From assembly GCA_902555725.1 (NCBI GenBank), contig CACDTN010000002.1:67857-131856 (forward strand): DNA of 64,000 nt. Reading direction: 5' to 3'. The DNA comes from an uncultured Pelagibacteraceae bacterium (GTDB lineage Bacteria; Pseudomonadota; Alphaproteobacteria; Pelagibacterales; Pelagibacteraceae). Of the stretch, positions 28,565-39,073 are shown in pieces; within the stretch, counting starts at the first letter, position 1, and each line of letters starts with the position of its first letter. The position numbers were made by a program, and so were the translations under genes. The notes beneath the pieces were generated by a model. That model saw only the letters and a program-made list of their open reading frames with translations, was not told the DNA's origin and did no database searches.

Positions 28565-30435
28565 TAAGCTATATGCTTAATAGACCTTCTTTTGACATGT
28601 GACAACAAAATATATACGGCCGCAGGTGTAATTCCATCAATCCTTAATGCTTGACCCAGTGTTTTAGGCCTTATTTCCTTAAATTTAGCCTTAACTTCGT
28701 TAGAAAGACCCGAAAATTGATCGTAATTGATATTATCTGGAATTAATAGATTCTCATCCCTTTTAAAAGCAAGAATATCTGCCTTTTGTTTTTTCAGGTA
28801 ACCTCTATAATGTGAGTTAATTTCAATTTGTTGATCAATTTCGGTGCCATGGTTAAAAGTTTCAGGCCAAATTTCTCTAATTTTTCTCATATTTACATCT
28901 TTTTGAGTCAAAATTTCTTCAGCCGTTCTAAAAACACCATCTTTCGCTATTTTAATACCAAATTTATCAGCTTTAGATGGAGAAATACTCAAATTAACCA
29001 TTTGCATAGAGATTTTGCTTAATTTTTCAAATTTATCCTCAAATAACTCCTTTCTGAATTTTGAAATCAATCCAATCTTTATTCCTTTATGAGTTAATCT
29101 CAAATCTGCATTATCAGATCTAAGACTTAACCTGTATTCAGCTCTAGATGTAAACATCCTATATGGCTCTGCTACACCTTTCGTTACTAAGTCATCGATC
29201 ATAACTCCAATATAAGCATCAGATCGATCCAAAATAAAAGGTTCTTTATTTTTTAAGGAAAGGGCAGCATTAATCCCAGCTACAAGACCTTGAGCAGCTG
29301 CCTCCTCATATCCTGTAGTTCCATTAATTTGTCCTGCAAGATATAAATTCTTTATTTTTTTTGTCTCCAATGTCAAAAAAAGCTCTCTAGGGTCAATATA
29401 ATCATATTCTATAGCATACCCTGGTCTAATTACTTTTACATTCTCTAAACCATTGATATTGTTAAGTATTTCATTTTGCACAACTTCAGGTAGAGATGTT
29501 GATATACCATTTGGATAAATTGTATGATCATTTAGACCCTCTGGCTCTAGAAATATCTGGTGCCTGGTCTTTTCTGCAAATTTAACCACTTTATCCTCTA
29601 TTGAAGGACAATATCTTGGACCAACACCTTGTATTTTACCAGAGTACATTGCACTTCTAGATAAATTCTTTTCAATAATCTTGTGAACCTTTTCATTAGT
29701 ATAGGTCATTGAACAAGATACTTGCTTGTTTAAGTTTTTTTTAGTCATGAAAGAAAAAAAATAAGGATCGTTATCAGCGGATTGTTTTTCTAAATTTGTA
29801 AAATTAATAGTTCTAGAGTCTAACCTTGGAGGTGTACCTGTTTTCAATCTACCGATCTTAAAATTATATTTCCCTAACTGTTCAGTTAAACCTGTGCTAG
29901 GTTTTTCATTAAATCGACCAGCAGGTGTTTTCTTATCACCAATATGTATCAATCCATTTAAAAATGTGCCCGTTGTTAAGATTAACTTGCTACAACTTAT
30001 TTTATTGCCTTTTTGTGTAATAAATCCATTTATTTCATTATTATCAAAAATAAACTTAATTACAGGATCAGAAAAAATGCTTAAATTACAGTAGTTTGCA
30101 AGTTTTTCTTGCATAAATTTACGATATAATGATCTATCAGATTGAGTTCTTGGTCCTCTTACTGCTGGTCCTCTGCTCCTATTTAGTAGTCTAAACTGTA
30201 TTCCAGACTTATCCGCTACCTCACCCATAACACCATCTAGGGCATCTATTTCCCTAACCAAATGTCCTTTTCCTAAACCACCAATAGCAGGATTACATGA
30301 CATTTCACCTATGGTATCTTTATTGTGAGTGAAAAGGGCAGTATTAATTCCAAGACGAGCAGAAGCTGCTGCTGCCTCGCAACCCGCATGACCTCCACCA
30401 ATCACTACCACATCAAAAGATAAATCTTTTTTCAT
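28564..30435 (-). CDS. mnmG: tRNA uridine 5-carboxymethylaminomethyl modification enzyme MnmG (GidA)
   Basis: 623 aa with the FAD motif [14 protein letters not shown] and the segments [11 protein letters not shown] and [18 protein letters not shown]. Confidence 0.98.
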   Translation of the reverse strand: MKKDLSFDVVVIGGGHAGCEAAAASARLGINTALFTHNKDTIGEMSCNPAIGGLGKGHLVREIDALDGVMGEVADKSGIQFRLLNRSRGPAVRGPRTQSDRSLYRKFMQEKLANYCNLSIFSDPVIKFIFDNNEINGFITQKGNKISCSKLILTTGTFLNGLIHIGDKKTPAGRFNEKPSTGLTEQLGKYNFKIGRLKTGTPPRLDSRTINFTNLEKQSADNDPYFFSFMTKKNLNKQVSCSMTYTNEKVHKIIEKNLSRSAMYSGKIQGVGPRYCPSIEDKVVKFAEKTRHQIFLEPEGLNDHTIYPNGISTSLPEVVQNEILNNINGLENVKVIRPGYAIEYDYIDPRELFLTLETKKIKNLYLAGQINGTTGYEEAAAQGLVAGINAALSLKNKEPFILDRSDAYIGVMIDDLVTKGVAEPYRMFTSRAEYRLSLRSDNADLRLTHKGIKIGLISKFRKELFEDKFEKLSKISMQMVNLSISPSKADKFGIKIAKDGVFRTAEEILTQKDVNMRKIREIWPETFNHGTEIDQQIEINSHYRGYLKKQKADILAFKRDENLLIPDNINYDQFSGLSNEVKAKFKEIRPKTLGQALRIDGITPAAVYILLSHVKRRSIKHIA

Positions 30436-30551
30436 GAAGTAAATTTATATTCGATTAAAATATTTACAAGATTTGAGTTTTTTTTCTTAAATAAGCTACA
30501 CTTATCAACGTAAAAGATGAAAAAAGGGCCAAAAATACAGCAAAATTGCTA

Positions 30552-31883
30552 TTATTTTCCAATACAAAAATCGTTGAAAATACTACCTAATATCTCCTCT
30601 ACATCGACTTTTCCAACAATCATACCCAAATGTCTAGTTGCTAATCTTAAATCCTCAGCTCCTTTGTCAAAATCCTTTTTATCATTTTTATCCAAAAAAT
30701 TTTTCAGATTATCACAGCACTGTACAAGATGTTGTCTATGTCTTTCTCTAGTAATTAAAACATCTTCCTCAGTTATAAATTTATTTTTTAAATTGTTTTT
30801 AATTTTTGAAATTAACACATCTATATTTAAATTATCCTTTAGTGATATTAAAACGTGATTCAGTTTAAGAATTTTTGGATCTAGTTTTTCTTTGAGAAGA
30901 TCTGATTTATTTACAACTAAAATTGCATTTTTTTTTAGCAAATCATTCAAAAAACCTTTTAAATCAATGGTTTTAGCATCAACTACTACTAGTTTTAAAT
31001 CAGCATTTTCGGCTTTTTTAAGAGATAATTTTACTCCTTTTTTCTCAATTTCATCTTTTGAGTCTCTTATACCTGCTGTGTCCGAAATAATAACTGGATA
31101 CCCATCTATGTTTAGGTGTGCCTCGATAACATCTCGTGTAGTGCCGGCAATTTCAGAAACGATGGCAACTTCTCTATTCGATAAATTATTTAATAAACTG
31201 GACTTGCCTGCATTAGTTGGTCCTACTATTGCAATTTTAAAACCTTCGCGAATTATCTCTCCAACCTTTTGATCATTTAGAATATTTTCAATTTCATTTA
31301 ATACATCTGAAGAATCTTGTTTTATTTTTTTTAAATTTTCTACTGGTAGTTCTTCTTCGGGGAAATCTATTTTAGCTTCAACAAATGATAAAAGTTTCAA
31401 CAATTTTTCTCGAAGCTCATTAAATTTAGCAGAAGATTTTCCTTTCATAATTTTAATAGCTTGTAATCTTTGGATTTCGGTCTCTGCCGTGATTAAATCA
31501 GCGATACTCTCAGCTTTTATTAAATTAATCTTCCCATTTTGAAAAGCCAGTTTTGTAAATTCACCTGGCTCAGCTAATCGACAATTTTTTATTTTAGATA
31601 TCTCATTTTGAAGTGCTAAAATCACTGCTTTACCTCCATGGATATGAATTTCCGCCATATCCTCTCCTGTGTAGCTCTCTGGGCCTGGAAACCATATAAT
31701 TATGCCCTCATCAATGAGCTCAGAAGTGTTGATATTGTTTATTTTCCGCAAGGTTGCCATCCTGGGTTTTGGAATTTCTTTATTCGTAAGTAGTTTAATT
31801 ACTTTTGAAGACTCACTTCCAGAAATTCTTATGATTGCAACTCCAGAAGTTCCTGGACCAGTTGAAAGAGCATAGATAGTCAT
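30552..31883 (-). CDS. mnmE: tRNA modification GTPase MnmE (TrmE)
   Basis: 443 aa with the N-terminus TIYALSTGPG, the G domain GPTNAGKSSLLN...DTAG...NKSD and the C-terminal CIGK motif. Confidence 0.97.
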   Translation of the reverse strand: MTIYALSTGPGTSGVAIIRISGSESSKVIKLLTNKEIPKPRMATLRKINNINTSELIDEGIIIWFPGPESYTGEDMAEIHIHGGKAVILALQNEISKIKNCRLAEPGEFTKLAFQNGKINLIKAESIADLITAETEIQRLQAIKIMKGKSSAKFNELREKLLKLLSFVEAKIDFPEEELPVENLKKIKQDSSDVLNEIENILNDQKVGEIIREGFKIAIVGPTNAGKSSLLNNLSNREVAIVSEIAGTTRDVIEAHLNIDGYPVIISDTAGIRDSKDEIEKKGVKLSLKKAENADLKLVVVDAKTIDLKGFLNDLLKKNAILVVNKSDLLKEKLDPKILKLNHVLISLKDNLNIDVLISKIKNNLKNKFITEEDVLITRERHRQHLVQCCDNLKNFLDKNDKKDFDKGAEDLRLATRHLGMIVGKVDVEEILGSIFNDFCIGK

Positions 31884-31927
31884 AAATCCAGTATAAATAC
31901 ATAATTGAGATATTAAAATTAAAAATT

Positions 31928-33607
31928 TTAATTATTTAAATCTTCTAAGGACTGGAAAAAATTTTTGGAATAATTTTTTCCATCAAATAAGGGACTTTTT
32001 AATGCCTTTTCAAATATTTCTTTTCTTAATTCTAAATATTTATTTAGATTATTTGATAAGTCAACTGCTTTAGCAATATATTCATTTTCATTTTTTGCAA
32101 TTAAATATTCGATATTTAAATTCTTATTAATTGACTCACCACATCTTGAATTAAAATTATATCCAGCCAAGGTAATAACTGGTACTCCCATCCAAATAGA
32201 CTCGAAAGAGGTGGTTACTCCATTGTATGGAAACGTATCTAGTGCAATATCAATTTCTTTATAAGCATTTAGATGATCTTCTTTTTCATCTTTTCTATTC
32301 AAAAAAATTACTGATTCCTTGATACCATTTTCTTCAAATAATTTTTTAATTCTTTTGTTGGAATGAATTTCTTTTGCGGATTTCAAAATTAATTTACTAT
32401 TCTTTAAAGATTTCAGAATTTTAGACCAAACATCAATCACAGCTGGGGTAATTTTATCAAAATTATTAAAAGAGCCAAAGGTGACATATTTATTTTTATT
32501 AAGTGGGGGATCATAATATTCTCTTTTAGTATCAAGGCCACAGTGACAATTCCATATTGAATTGAGAAATATTACCTTTTCAGCATAAAATTTTTCTTCT
32601 TCAGGATAAATAAGATTTTTATCTGAAATTATATAATCCATATTTTTCAAACCTGAGGTATTGCAATATCCCATCCAAAGAATTTGAATTTTGGCTATTC
32701 GATTTTTAAATAACTCTATTCTATTGGTGGAAGTATATCCCATTAAATCTATCATAATGTCGATATTTAACTCCCGAATATTATTGATAACTTGAATATC
32801 CCCAAATCTGCTTATATTTACTGATTTATCTACTAATTCAATAAACTCCTTAGTAGTTTGGTCTTCCTTAGGCTGGTTAAGAAACAAGTAAATTTCATAT
32901 TTATTTTTATCATAATTAGACAAAATTGTTTTCAAAAAGTAAATAATGGAATGACCACCTTGAATGTCTGAAGATAAAAAGCCTATTCTAATTTTATTAT
33001 TTTTTTCTTTAGATAGGGAAACTAAATCTCTTTCATTATATTCGGGTAAATTTTTATCCAAAAATTTTCCATAATCAAAAAAATCACTTTGTTTCCAATT
33101 TTTATCGAAACACCTCCAATAACCATAACTACATAAATCTCTTATTCCAAAATTTTTCATTTTTATAAGTCTTTCATAGTGAAATAAAACTCCCTTAAAA
33201 TCATTAAGTCTTCGATAAACCATTGTCATGGCTACGTTTATGCCTCTATGGTTTAAACATATTTTTTCTGAATTTTTATAAAAAGAAATTATTTCATCAA
33301 AATCTACACTATTGTTTCCTAAGTCTTTCAAGAGGACACTAGAAATAACAAAATTTGATAATGAGTCTATTCCTATTACGCTTCCTTTTTCTAAAAGATA
33401 TCCCTTTTTAAAATCTTCGACTGCTAAACTAACAATATTTTTATCTTGTCGATTATCTGTAATCCTACTAATCCCTAATAAATTAAATAAACCAGCTGAT
33501 CTATCATTTTCATTAGTTTTGGATGTTATTTCAAAAACTATTTCTGAATATCTTTTTTGTTTAAAAAGTTCCTGTAATTCTATTTCTAGGTTCTTGTTAG
33601 AGACCAT
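31928..33607 (-). CDS. SPINDLY/OGT-like (GT41 family) glycosyltransferase with helical-repeat N-terminal region
   Basis: 559 aa. The C-terminal half matches the COG3914 / Glyco_transf_41 pattern: [74 protein letters not shown] and [29 protein letters not shown]. Confidence 0.7.
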   Translation of the reverse strand: MVSNKNLEIELQELFKQKRYSEIVFEITSKTNENDRSAGLFNLLGISRITDNRQDKNIVSLAVEDFKKGYLLEKGSVIGIDSLSNFVISSVLLKDLGNNSVDFDEIISFYKNSEKICLNHRGINVAMTMVYRRLNDFKGVLFHYERLIKMKNFGIRDLCSYGYWRCFDKNWKQSDFFDYGKFLDKNLPEYNERDLVSLSKEKNNKIRIGFLSSDIQGGHSIIYFLKTILSNYDKNKYEIYLFLNQPKEDQTTKEFIELVDKSVNISRFGDIQVINNIRELNIDIMIDLMGYTSTNRIELFKNRIAKIQILWMGYCNTSGLKNMDYIISDKNLIYPEEEKFYAEKVIFLNSIWNCHCGLDTKREYYDPPLNKNKYVTFGSFNNFDKITPAVIDVWSKILKSLKNSKLILKSAKEIHSNKRIKKLFEENGIKESVIFLNRKDEKEDHLNAYKEIDIALDTFPYNGVTTSFESIWMGVPVITLAGYNFNSRCGESINKNLNIEYLIAKNENEYIAKAVDLSNNLNKYLELRKEIFEKALKSPLFDGKNYSKNFFQSLEDLNN

Positions 33608-33616
33608 TTACAAAAT

Positions 33617-34885
33617 TTATGCAGGCTTATTCATAGAGTTAAAAAACTCTGAGTTATTTTTTGTGTCTTTTAATTTAGAGTTAATAAATTCGATTGCATC
33701 CATTGTTCCCATCGGGGCAATTATTCTTCTTAATACGTTCATTTTTTGTAAATCATTTTTATCAAATAGTAATTCTTCTCTTCTTGTTCCTGATTTTGTA
33801 ATATCTATTGCGGGATATATTCTTTTATCTGCAATTTTCCTGTCTAAAACAGTTTCACTATTTCCAGTTCCTTTAAATTCTTCGAAAATAACTTCATCCA
33901 TCCTGCTTCCAGTATCAATTAAAGCAGTTGATATAATTGTTAATGAACCACCTTCTTCAATGTTTCTAGCAGCACCAAAAAACCTTTTAGGTCTTTGGAG
34001 TGCATTAGCATCAACACCACCAGTTAAGACTTTACCAGAACTCGGTATTACAGCATTGTAGGCTCTTCCTAATCTTGTTATCGAATCTAAAAGAATAACA
34101 ACATCTTTTTTATGCTCTGTTAGTCTTTTTGCTTTTTCTATTACCATTTCAGCTACAGCAACATGTCGTTGTGCAGGTTCATCAAATGTAGAACTGATTA
34201 CTTCTCCTTTAACTGTTCTTTGCATGTCAGTCACTTCTTCGGGACGTTCATCAATCAAAAGTACAATCAAATAACATTCAGGATAATTTTTAGCTATTGA
34301 ATTCGCAATACTTTGTAAGATCATTGTTTTTCCAGCTTTAGGTGGAGAAATAATTATTGATCTTTGCCCTTTTCCAATAGGACTAACTAAATCTATCAGT
34401 CTAGGTGTAAGATCTGGTTTTTTTTCTGTTTTAGTCATTTCAACTTCCATGACCAACTGTTTGTCTGGGTAAAGGGGAGTTAAATTATCAAATGCTATTT
34501 TATGACGAGATTTTTCTGGTTCTTCGAAATTAATTTTACTGACTTGAAGTAAGGCAAAGTATCTTTCTCCTTCTTTAGGCGCCCTGACTGGACCCTCTAC
34601 AGTGTCTCCAGTTCTTAAACCAAATTTTCTGATCTGGCTTGGACTTACATAAATATCATCAGGTCCTGGAAGATAATTCGACTCCATGGCTCTTAAAAAA
34701 CCAAAACCATCTTGTAATAATTGAAGTACTCCAGCTCCAGTAATTTCCTCTTTTTCAGCTACCTTTTTCAAGATAGCAAAAAGAATTTCTTGTTTTCTAA
34801 GGGTGCTAGCGTTTTCGATTCCAAGCTCTTCTGCTTGGGTAATGAGTTGCTCAGATGATTTAAGTTTTAGTTCTTGAATGTTCAT
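33617..34885 (-). CDS. rho: Transcription termination factor Rho
   Basis: 422 aa with the Rho N-terminal and RNA-binding domains (GFGFLR), the Walker A motif PPKAGKT and the Q/R-loop regions. Confidence 0.99.
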   Translation of the reverse strand: MNIQELKLKSSEQLITQAEELGIENASTLRKQEILFAILKKVAEKEEITGAGVLQLLQDGFGFLRAMESNYLPGPDDIYVSPSQIRKFGLRTGDTVEGPVRAPKEGERYFALLQVSKINFEEPEKSRHKIAFDNLTPLYPDKQLVMEVEMTKTEKKPDLTPRLIDLVSPIGKGQRSIIISPPKAGKTMILQSIANSIAKNYPECYLIVLLIDERPEEVTDMQRTVKGEVISSTFDEPAQRHVAVAEMVIEKAKRLTEHKKDVVILLDSITRLGRAYNAVIPSSGKVLTGGVDANALQRPKRFFGAARNIEEGGSLTIISTALIDTGSRMDEVIFEEFKGTGNSETVLDRKIADKRIYPAIDITKSGTRREELLFDKNDLQKMNVLRRIIAPMGTMDAIEFINSKLKDTKNNSEFFNSMNKPA

Positions 34886-34950
34886 GGTTAAGAATTATTA
34901 AGGACTTAATAAGTTTTATTAATATATATACTATTTAATATTATTCAACC

Positions 34951-35385
34951 CTAGATAGGCTTAAAAATTACAACAAATATGATTAAAATCAGTAATATTG
35001 TTGGAATTTCGTTAATGTATCGAAAAAACTTATGTGAGTGCTGATTAAGATTCAGCTTAAATTGATTAAGAATACTTCCTAGATAGAGGTGATAAATTGT
35101 TAATAGAATAACAAAAACTAGTTTTAAAACCATCCAAGTTTGTCCTAATTGTTCAAAACCAATTTCATGAATTAGCAGTAATCCAAATAACCAAGATAAA
35201 ATCATAGCAGGATTCATAATGTAAAAAAATAATTTTTTCTCCATAACTTTAAATACCTCTGATATAATTGGTTCAGAGTTATTTTGGGCATGATAAACAA
35301 AAATTCTTGGTAAATACAATAAACCAGCCATCCAAGAAATAACTGATATTAAATGAAGTGATTTAAAAAGAAGATAAGTATTCAT
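34951..35385 (-). CDS. hemJ: Protoporphyrinogen IX oxidase HemJ
   Basis: 144-aa four-TM protein. The N-terminus FKSLHLISVISWMAGLLYLPRIFVYH is the HemJ (TIGR00701) signature. It is adjacent to hemH-hemE. Confidence 0.8.
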   Translation of the reverse strand: MNTYLLFKSLHLISVISWMAGLLYLPRIFVYHAQNNSEPIISEVFKVMEKKLFFYIMNPAMILSWLFGLLLIHEIGFEQLGQTWMVLKLVFVILLTIYHLYLGSILNQFKLNLNQHSHKFFRYINEIPTILLILIIFVVIFKPI

Positions 35386-35388
35386 AAA

Positions 35389-36387
35389 TTAAATACTTCT
35401 TTGAATTAAAGATTTTAACAAAATAATGTGATCATCATTATCATTTAAGCATGGAATCATATCGAAGTTTTCTCCGCCTGAATTTATAAAGCTTTCCTTA
35501 CCTTGAATTAGTATTTCCTCTAATGTTTCCACACAATCAGAAGAAAAACCAGGACATATTGCTAACACATTTTTTTTTCCTTCTTTGGGTAAATTTTCAA
35601 GTGTTTTGTCAGTATAAGGTTGAAGCCATTCTTGAGGTCCAAATCTTGACTGAAATGTAGTTTTAATTTCTATTGAATTAAATTTTTCTGAAATCAATCT
35701 TGTAGTTTTGTGACAATAGCAATGATAAGGGTCTCCTTTATCAAAATATTTTTTTGGGATGCCGTGATATGATGCAAGTATTAAATCTGGTTTCCAATTG
35801 ATTTCATTAATTTTTTTGTTGATAGAATTAACTAGAGCGTCAATATATAATGGATCAGACTCATAGTGTGGAATTATCTTTAAAGATGGTTGCCACCTCA
35901 TATTCATTAATGATCTATAAACTTCGTCGCAAACAGTGGCAGTGGTAGCGGCAGCATACTGAGGATATAAAGGCAAAATAATTAAATTTTCACAGCCTTG
36001 ATGATGTAACTTGTTAATTTTACTTTTTATACTGGGATTGCCATAACGCATTGCAAAATCAATAATTAATTTTTCTGAAGAGATTAAATTCGAGATCTTA
36101 TCTTTTTGTTTTTGTGTGTAATATAATAGAGGGGAGATATTTTCATTTTTCATCCATATTTCTTTATAAGCTTTAGCTGTTTTAGAGGGTCTTAAGTTTA
36201 AAATGAAAAGATTTAAAATCAGTTGCCAAATTATAGGATTAACTTCAATGACACGTTTATCTGATAAAAATTCTTTTAAATATTTTCTAATATCAAACCA
36301 ACTGGTCGAGTCTGGGGTTCCTAAGTTTATAATTAGTACTCCTGTTTTGCCAAATTTAATCGGGGGATGATCAAAATTTTTATCCAT
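35389..36387 (-). CDS. hemH: Ferrochelatase
   Basis: 332 aa with GVLIINLGTPDS, LPLYPQYAAATT, SYHGIP and the C-terminal segment FSSDCVETLEE. Confidence 0.95.
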   Translation of the reverse strand: MDKNFDHPPIKFGKTGVLIINLGTPDSTSWFDIRKYLKEFLSDKRVIEVNPIIWQLILNLFILNLRPSKTAKAYKEIWMKNENISPLLYYTQKQKDKISNLISSEKLIIDFAMRYGNPSIKSKINKLHHQGCENLIILPLYPQYAAATTATVCDEVYRSLMNMRWQPSLKIIPHYESDPLYIDALVNSINKKINEINWKPDLILASYHGIPKKYFDKGDPYHCYCHKTTRLISEKFNSIEIKTTFQSRFGPQEWLQPYTDKTLENLPKEGKKNVLAICPGFSSDCVETLEEILIQGKESFINSGGENFDMIPCLNDNDDHIILLKSLIQRSI

Positions 36388-37388
36388 TAATAATCTTTTA
36401 CCATCTTTACAAGATAATCCATCATATTTGGGTCAGTTTCAGGCAGAACCCCATGTCCTAAATTAAAAATATATGGATGATCTTTAAATATGTCTAAATA
36501 TTTTTTTGTTTCTTTCTTTAAATTCTCTTTATCAGATAATAATATCTTAGGATCCATTCCGCCCTGGACAGGTATTGAAATATTTTTTCTTATTTGAATT
36601 GGATCAGTTTCATAATCAATACAAATAACATCGGGTTTTATATTGTCACAATAAGTTTTATAATCTTTAACTCCTCTAGGAAAGCATATGACAGGAATAT
36701 TTTGAGACTTAACATACTCTACTAACGATAAGGTTGGTGAATAAACATAATTTGGCAAGTCTTTAGTTTCTAATAAACCAGCCCAACTATCAAATATTTG
36801 TATTATTTCTGCACCACTATCAATTTGATTTTTAATATGGATTTTAAGAAATTTATCTAAAACAGATAATATTTTTTCTATTGAATGTAAGTCTTGAAAA
36901 AAATTACTGATTAATTTCTGTTTCGGTGATTTTCTATTAATTAAATAAACTAATAAAGTCCATGGTGCACCTACAAAACCTATTGTACTTTTGTTTTGTG
37001 TTAAAGTGTTTTTTTTAACTAAATTTATTGCCATATAAATTGGTTTAAGTTTTTCAGTAAAATCTTTCTCATTGAAATTTAATATTTCTTTCAAATTTAA
37101 TTCTCCTAAGATTGGGCCAAAATTTTTCTTAAATTCAACTTTCTGGTTTAGACCATAAGGAACCATTAAAATATCTGAAAAAATTATAGCAGCGTCTAAT
37201 TCAAATCTTTTTAAAGGTTGTAACGTTATTTCAGCTGACAAGTTGTGATTTAAACATAATTTTATAAAATCAGTGTTTTTTTTCCTAATATCTCTAAATT
37301 CAGGAAGATATCTTCCAGCTTGTCTCATAATCCATATTGGATTTAAGTTTGTATTTTTATTTTTTATAACTTCATTAATATCTGACAT
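36387..37388 (-). CDS. hemE: Uroporphyrinogen decarboxylase
   Basis: 333 aa with the motifs PIWIMRQAGRYLPEF, DAAIIFSDILMVP and IFNLGHGV. Confidence 0.95.
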   Translation of the reverse strand: MSDINEVIKNKNTNLNPIWIMRQAGRYLPEFRDIRKKNTDFIKLCLNHNLSAEITLQPLKRFELDAAIIFSDILMVPYGLNQKVEFKKNFGPILGELNLKEILNFNEKDFTEKLKPIYMAINLVKKNTLTQNKSTIGFVGAPWTLLVYLINRKSPKQKLISNFFQDLHSIEKILSVLDKFLKIHIKNQIDSGAEIIQIFDSWAGLLETKDLPNYVYSPTLSLVEYVKSQNIPVICFPRGVKDYKTYCDNIKPDVICIDYETDPIQIRKNISIPVQGGMDPKILLSDKENLKKETKKYLDIFKDHPYIFNLGHGVLPETDPNMMDYLVKMVKDY

Positions 37389-37671
37389 ATTAATAATTAA
37401 ATATAATTAATAGTATTTGTAGTATAACTTGTGAATAACGGTGATTGGTTTTTTTTAACATTTTATAAACTATTTATTAACATTTAGAGCTTAAAATTTG
37501 TTAAATATATAAGCAATATTGTAGCCTATTAACAATTTATTCAAAATTAGCTAAATTATTATACATAGATTTAATAATGTTGATAAAAACCATGTTTTAC
37601 AATGTAAATTATTAAATATTAAAAATAACTAATATGATTTAAATAAAAACAAGAATATCAACAACTTATAC
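37389..37671. other. oriC: Candidate chromosomal replication origin (oriC) in the hemE / PDRP(DUF299) spacer
   Basis: This is the largest non-coding gap in the window (283 bp) and is extremely AT-rich. It holds a DnaA-box match TGTGAATAA (37430..37438, complement TTATTCACA = TTATNCACA) and a one-mismatch box TGTTGATAA (37578..37586). ATAATTAA occurs in tandem at 37393 and 37403, and TTAACATTT is repeated at 37455 and 37477. Gene orientation switches here, and the flanking genes are those that flank Caulobacter Cori. Confidence 0.55.
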
Positions 37672-38496
37672 ATGAATAATACATATCAAATTTATTTAAT
37701 TTCAGATTCTACTGGCGAAACTTTAGATAGGATTTTTACTGCTATTAAAGCTCAATTTAAAAATATTGAATATAAAATTCACACTTTCTCTTTCACAAGA
37801 ACAGAAAACCAAATTACAAAAATTTTAACTAATGCAAAAAAACAGCCAAACTCTATAATTCTTTATTCTATTGTAGATAGCAGCCTTGCAAAATACTTAG
37901 CAAATTTAAGCAATGAAAAAAACATTCCTTGTTTTGGAGTGCTTGGCGATCTTATACTTAGCTTTTCTAAATTACTAAATCAAAAAGCATCACATGAACC
38001 AAGTGGTCAGTATGCTTTAAATGATGAGTACTATAAAAGAATTGAGGCTATTCAGTTCACAATGAATCATGATGATGGTAATTTAATAAAAGAAATAAAA
38101 AAATCTGATATAATTTTATTGGGTGTAAGTAGAACGAGCAAAACACCAACTGCAATTTATTTAGCAAATAAAGGTTTCAAGACCTCAAATATTCCTCTGG
38201 TAAATGAAAATTCTATTCCGCAAATTTTAAAAGATAGTCCCAAAATTTCTTGTATTGTTGGTTTAAGTACAGAGCCTGAGAGATTAGTAGATATTAGAAA
38301 AAATAGAATGAGTTCATTAAAAGAAAATGAAAATAAATCTTATACAGATTTAGAAAAAATTAAAAAAGAGGTGAATAATGCAAAGGGAACTTTTCGTAAA
38401 TATGGATGGCCAACAATAGATGTGACTAGAAAATCTGTCGAAGAAACTGCAGCATCAGTGATAAAAATATACGAAATTTATAAAGAAAATGTTTAA
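37672..38496 (+). CDS. Pyruvate, phosphate dikinase regulatory protein (bifunctional kinase/pyrophosphorylase, DUF299)
   Basis: 274 aa with IYLISDSTGETL and the P-loop segment LLGVSRTSKTPTAIYLANKGFKTSNIPLV. Confidence 0.85.
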   Translation: MNNTYQIYLISDSTGETLDRIFTAIKAQFKNIEYKIHTFSFTRTENQITKILTNAKKQPNSIILYSIVDSSLAKYLANLSNEKNIPCFGVLGDLILSFSKLLNQKASHEPSGQYALNDEYYKRIEAIQFTMNHDDGNLIKEIKKSDIILLGVSRTSKTPTAIYLANKGFKTSNIPLVNENSIPQILKDSPKISCIVGLSTEPERLVDIRKNRMSSLKENENKSYTDLEKIKKEVNNAKGTFRKYGWPTIDVTRKSVEETAASVIKIYEIYKENV

Positions 38497-39073
38497 ATTG
38501 ATACTTGCGTCAAAAAGTAAAGTTAGAAAAGAAATATTAGATAAAAATAATATTTTTGCCCGCGTTCAACCATCCAGCGTTGATGAGGGCCCTATTAAGC
38601 AAAGTTTACTTAATGACAATGCATCTCCAGAAATCATTTCAAAAAATCTGGCTGAACTTAAAGCTTGTAAAGTTAGTCAGAAAAATTTTGATGAATTGGT
38701 TTTGGGGGCTGATAGCGTCATAGATTTAGAAGGAGAATTGATTTCTAAGCCTCAAAATAGGGAGGAAGCCTTGAGTATCTTAAAAAAATTAAATGGAAAA
38801 AAACATAATTTAGTAAGTTCAGTATGTATTTCAAAAAATGGTTCTATGATTTGGAATCATACTGATAAAGCAACACTAACAATGAAAAAGTTTAGTGATG
38901 AAGAACTTAAAGAATATTTATCAAAAATATCAGATGAGTCTTTATATGCTTATAATGTTTATCAAATTGAAGGAGAGGGAAAGAATTTATTTTTAAAAAT
39001 TGACGGAGACAAGAATACTATAATGGGTCTCCCAATAAAAAAAATTCAAGAATATTTAAATAATTATACATGA
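38489..39073 (+). CDS. maf: Maf-like nucleoside triphosphate pyrophosphatase
   Basis: 194 aa with LILASKSKVRKEIL, LGADSVI, the KP..REEA pattern and YQIEG. Confidence 0.85.
   Translation: MFKLILASKSKVRKEILDKNNIFARVQPSSVDEGPIKQSLLNDNASPEIISKNLAELKACKVSQKNFDELVLGADSVIDLEGELISKPQNREEALSILKKLNGKKHNLVSSVCISKNGSMIWNHTDKATLTMKKFSDEELKEYLSKISDESLYAYNVYQIEGEGKNLFLKIDGDKNTIMGLPIKKIQEYLNNYT

Noticed and set aside
30436-30551. The 116-bp mnmG-mnmE spacer and the 86-bp spacer at 18138..18223 were checked as possible small RNAs.
   Set aside because: Both are AT-rich with no GC-rich stems and no recognisable motifs for tmRNA, SRP RNA, 6S RNA, RNase P RNA or a riboswitch. They are most simply promoter or termination spacers.
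33312-34061. A 249-aa plus-strand ORF spans the GT41/rho junction.
   Set aside because: It runs antisense to two well-supported genes and crosses their intergenic gap. Its composition is low-complexity and Leu/Ser/Phe/Ile-rich, as expected from the reverse complement of AT-rich coding DNA. I recognised no motif, so I treat it as a shadow ORF.
37389-37671. I looked for CtrA-type TTAA-N7-TTAA boxes in the candidate origin.
   Set aside because: Many TTAA tetramers are present, but the spacings I could count are N3, N6, N10 and N18, not N7. In DNA this AT-rich, TTAA is expected by chance, so I make no CtrA claim.
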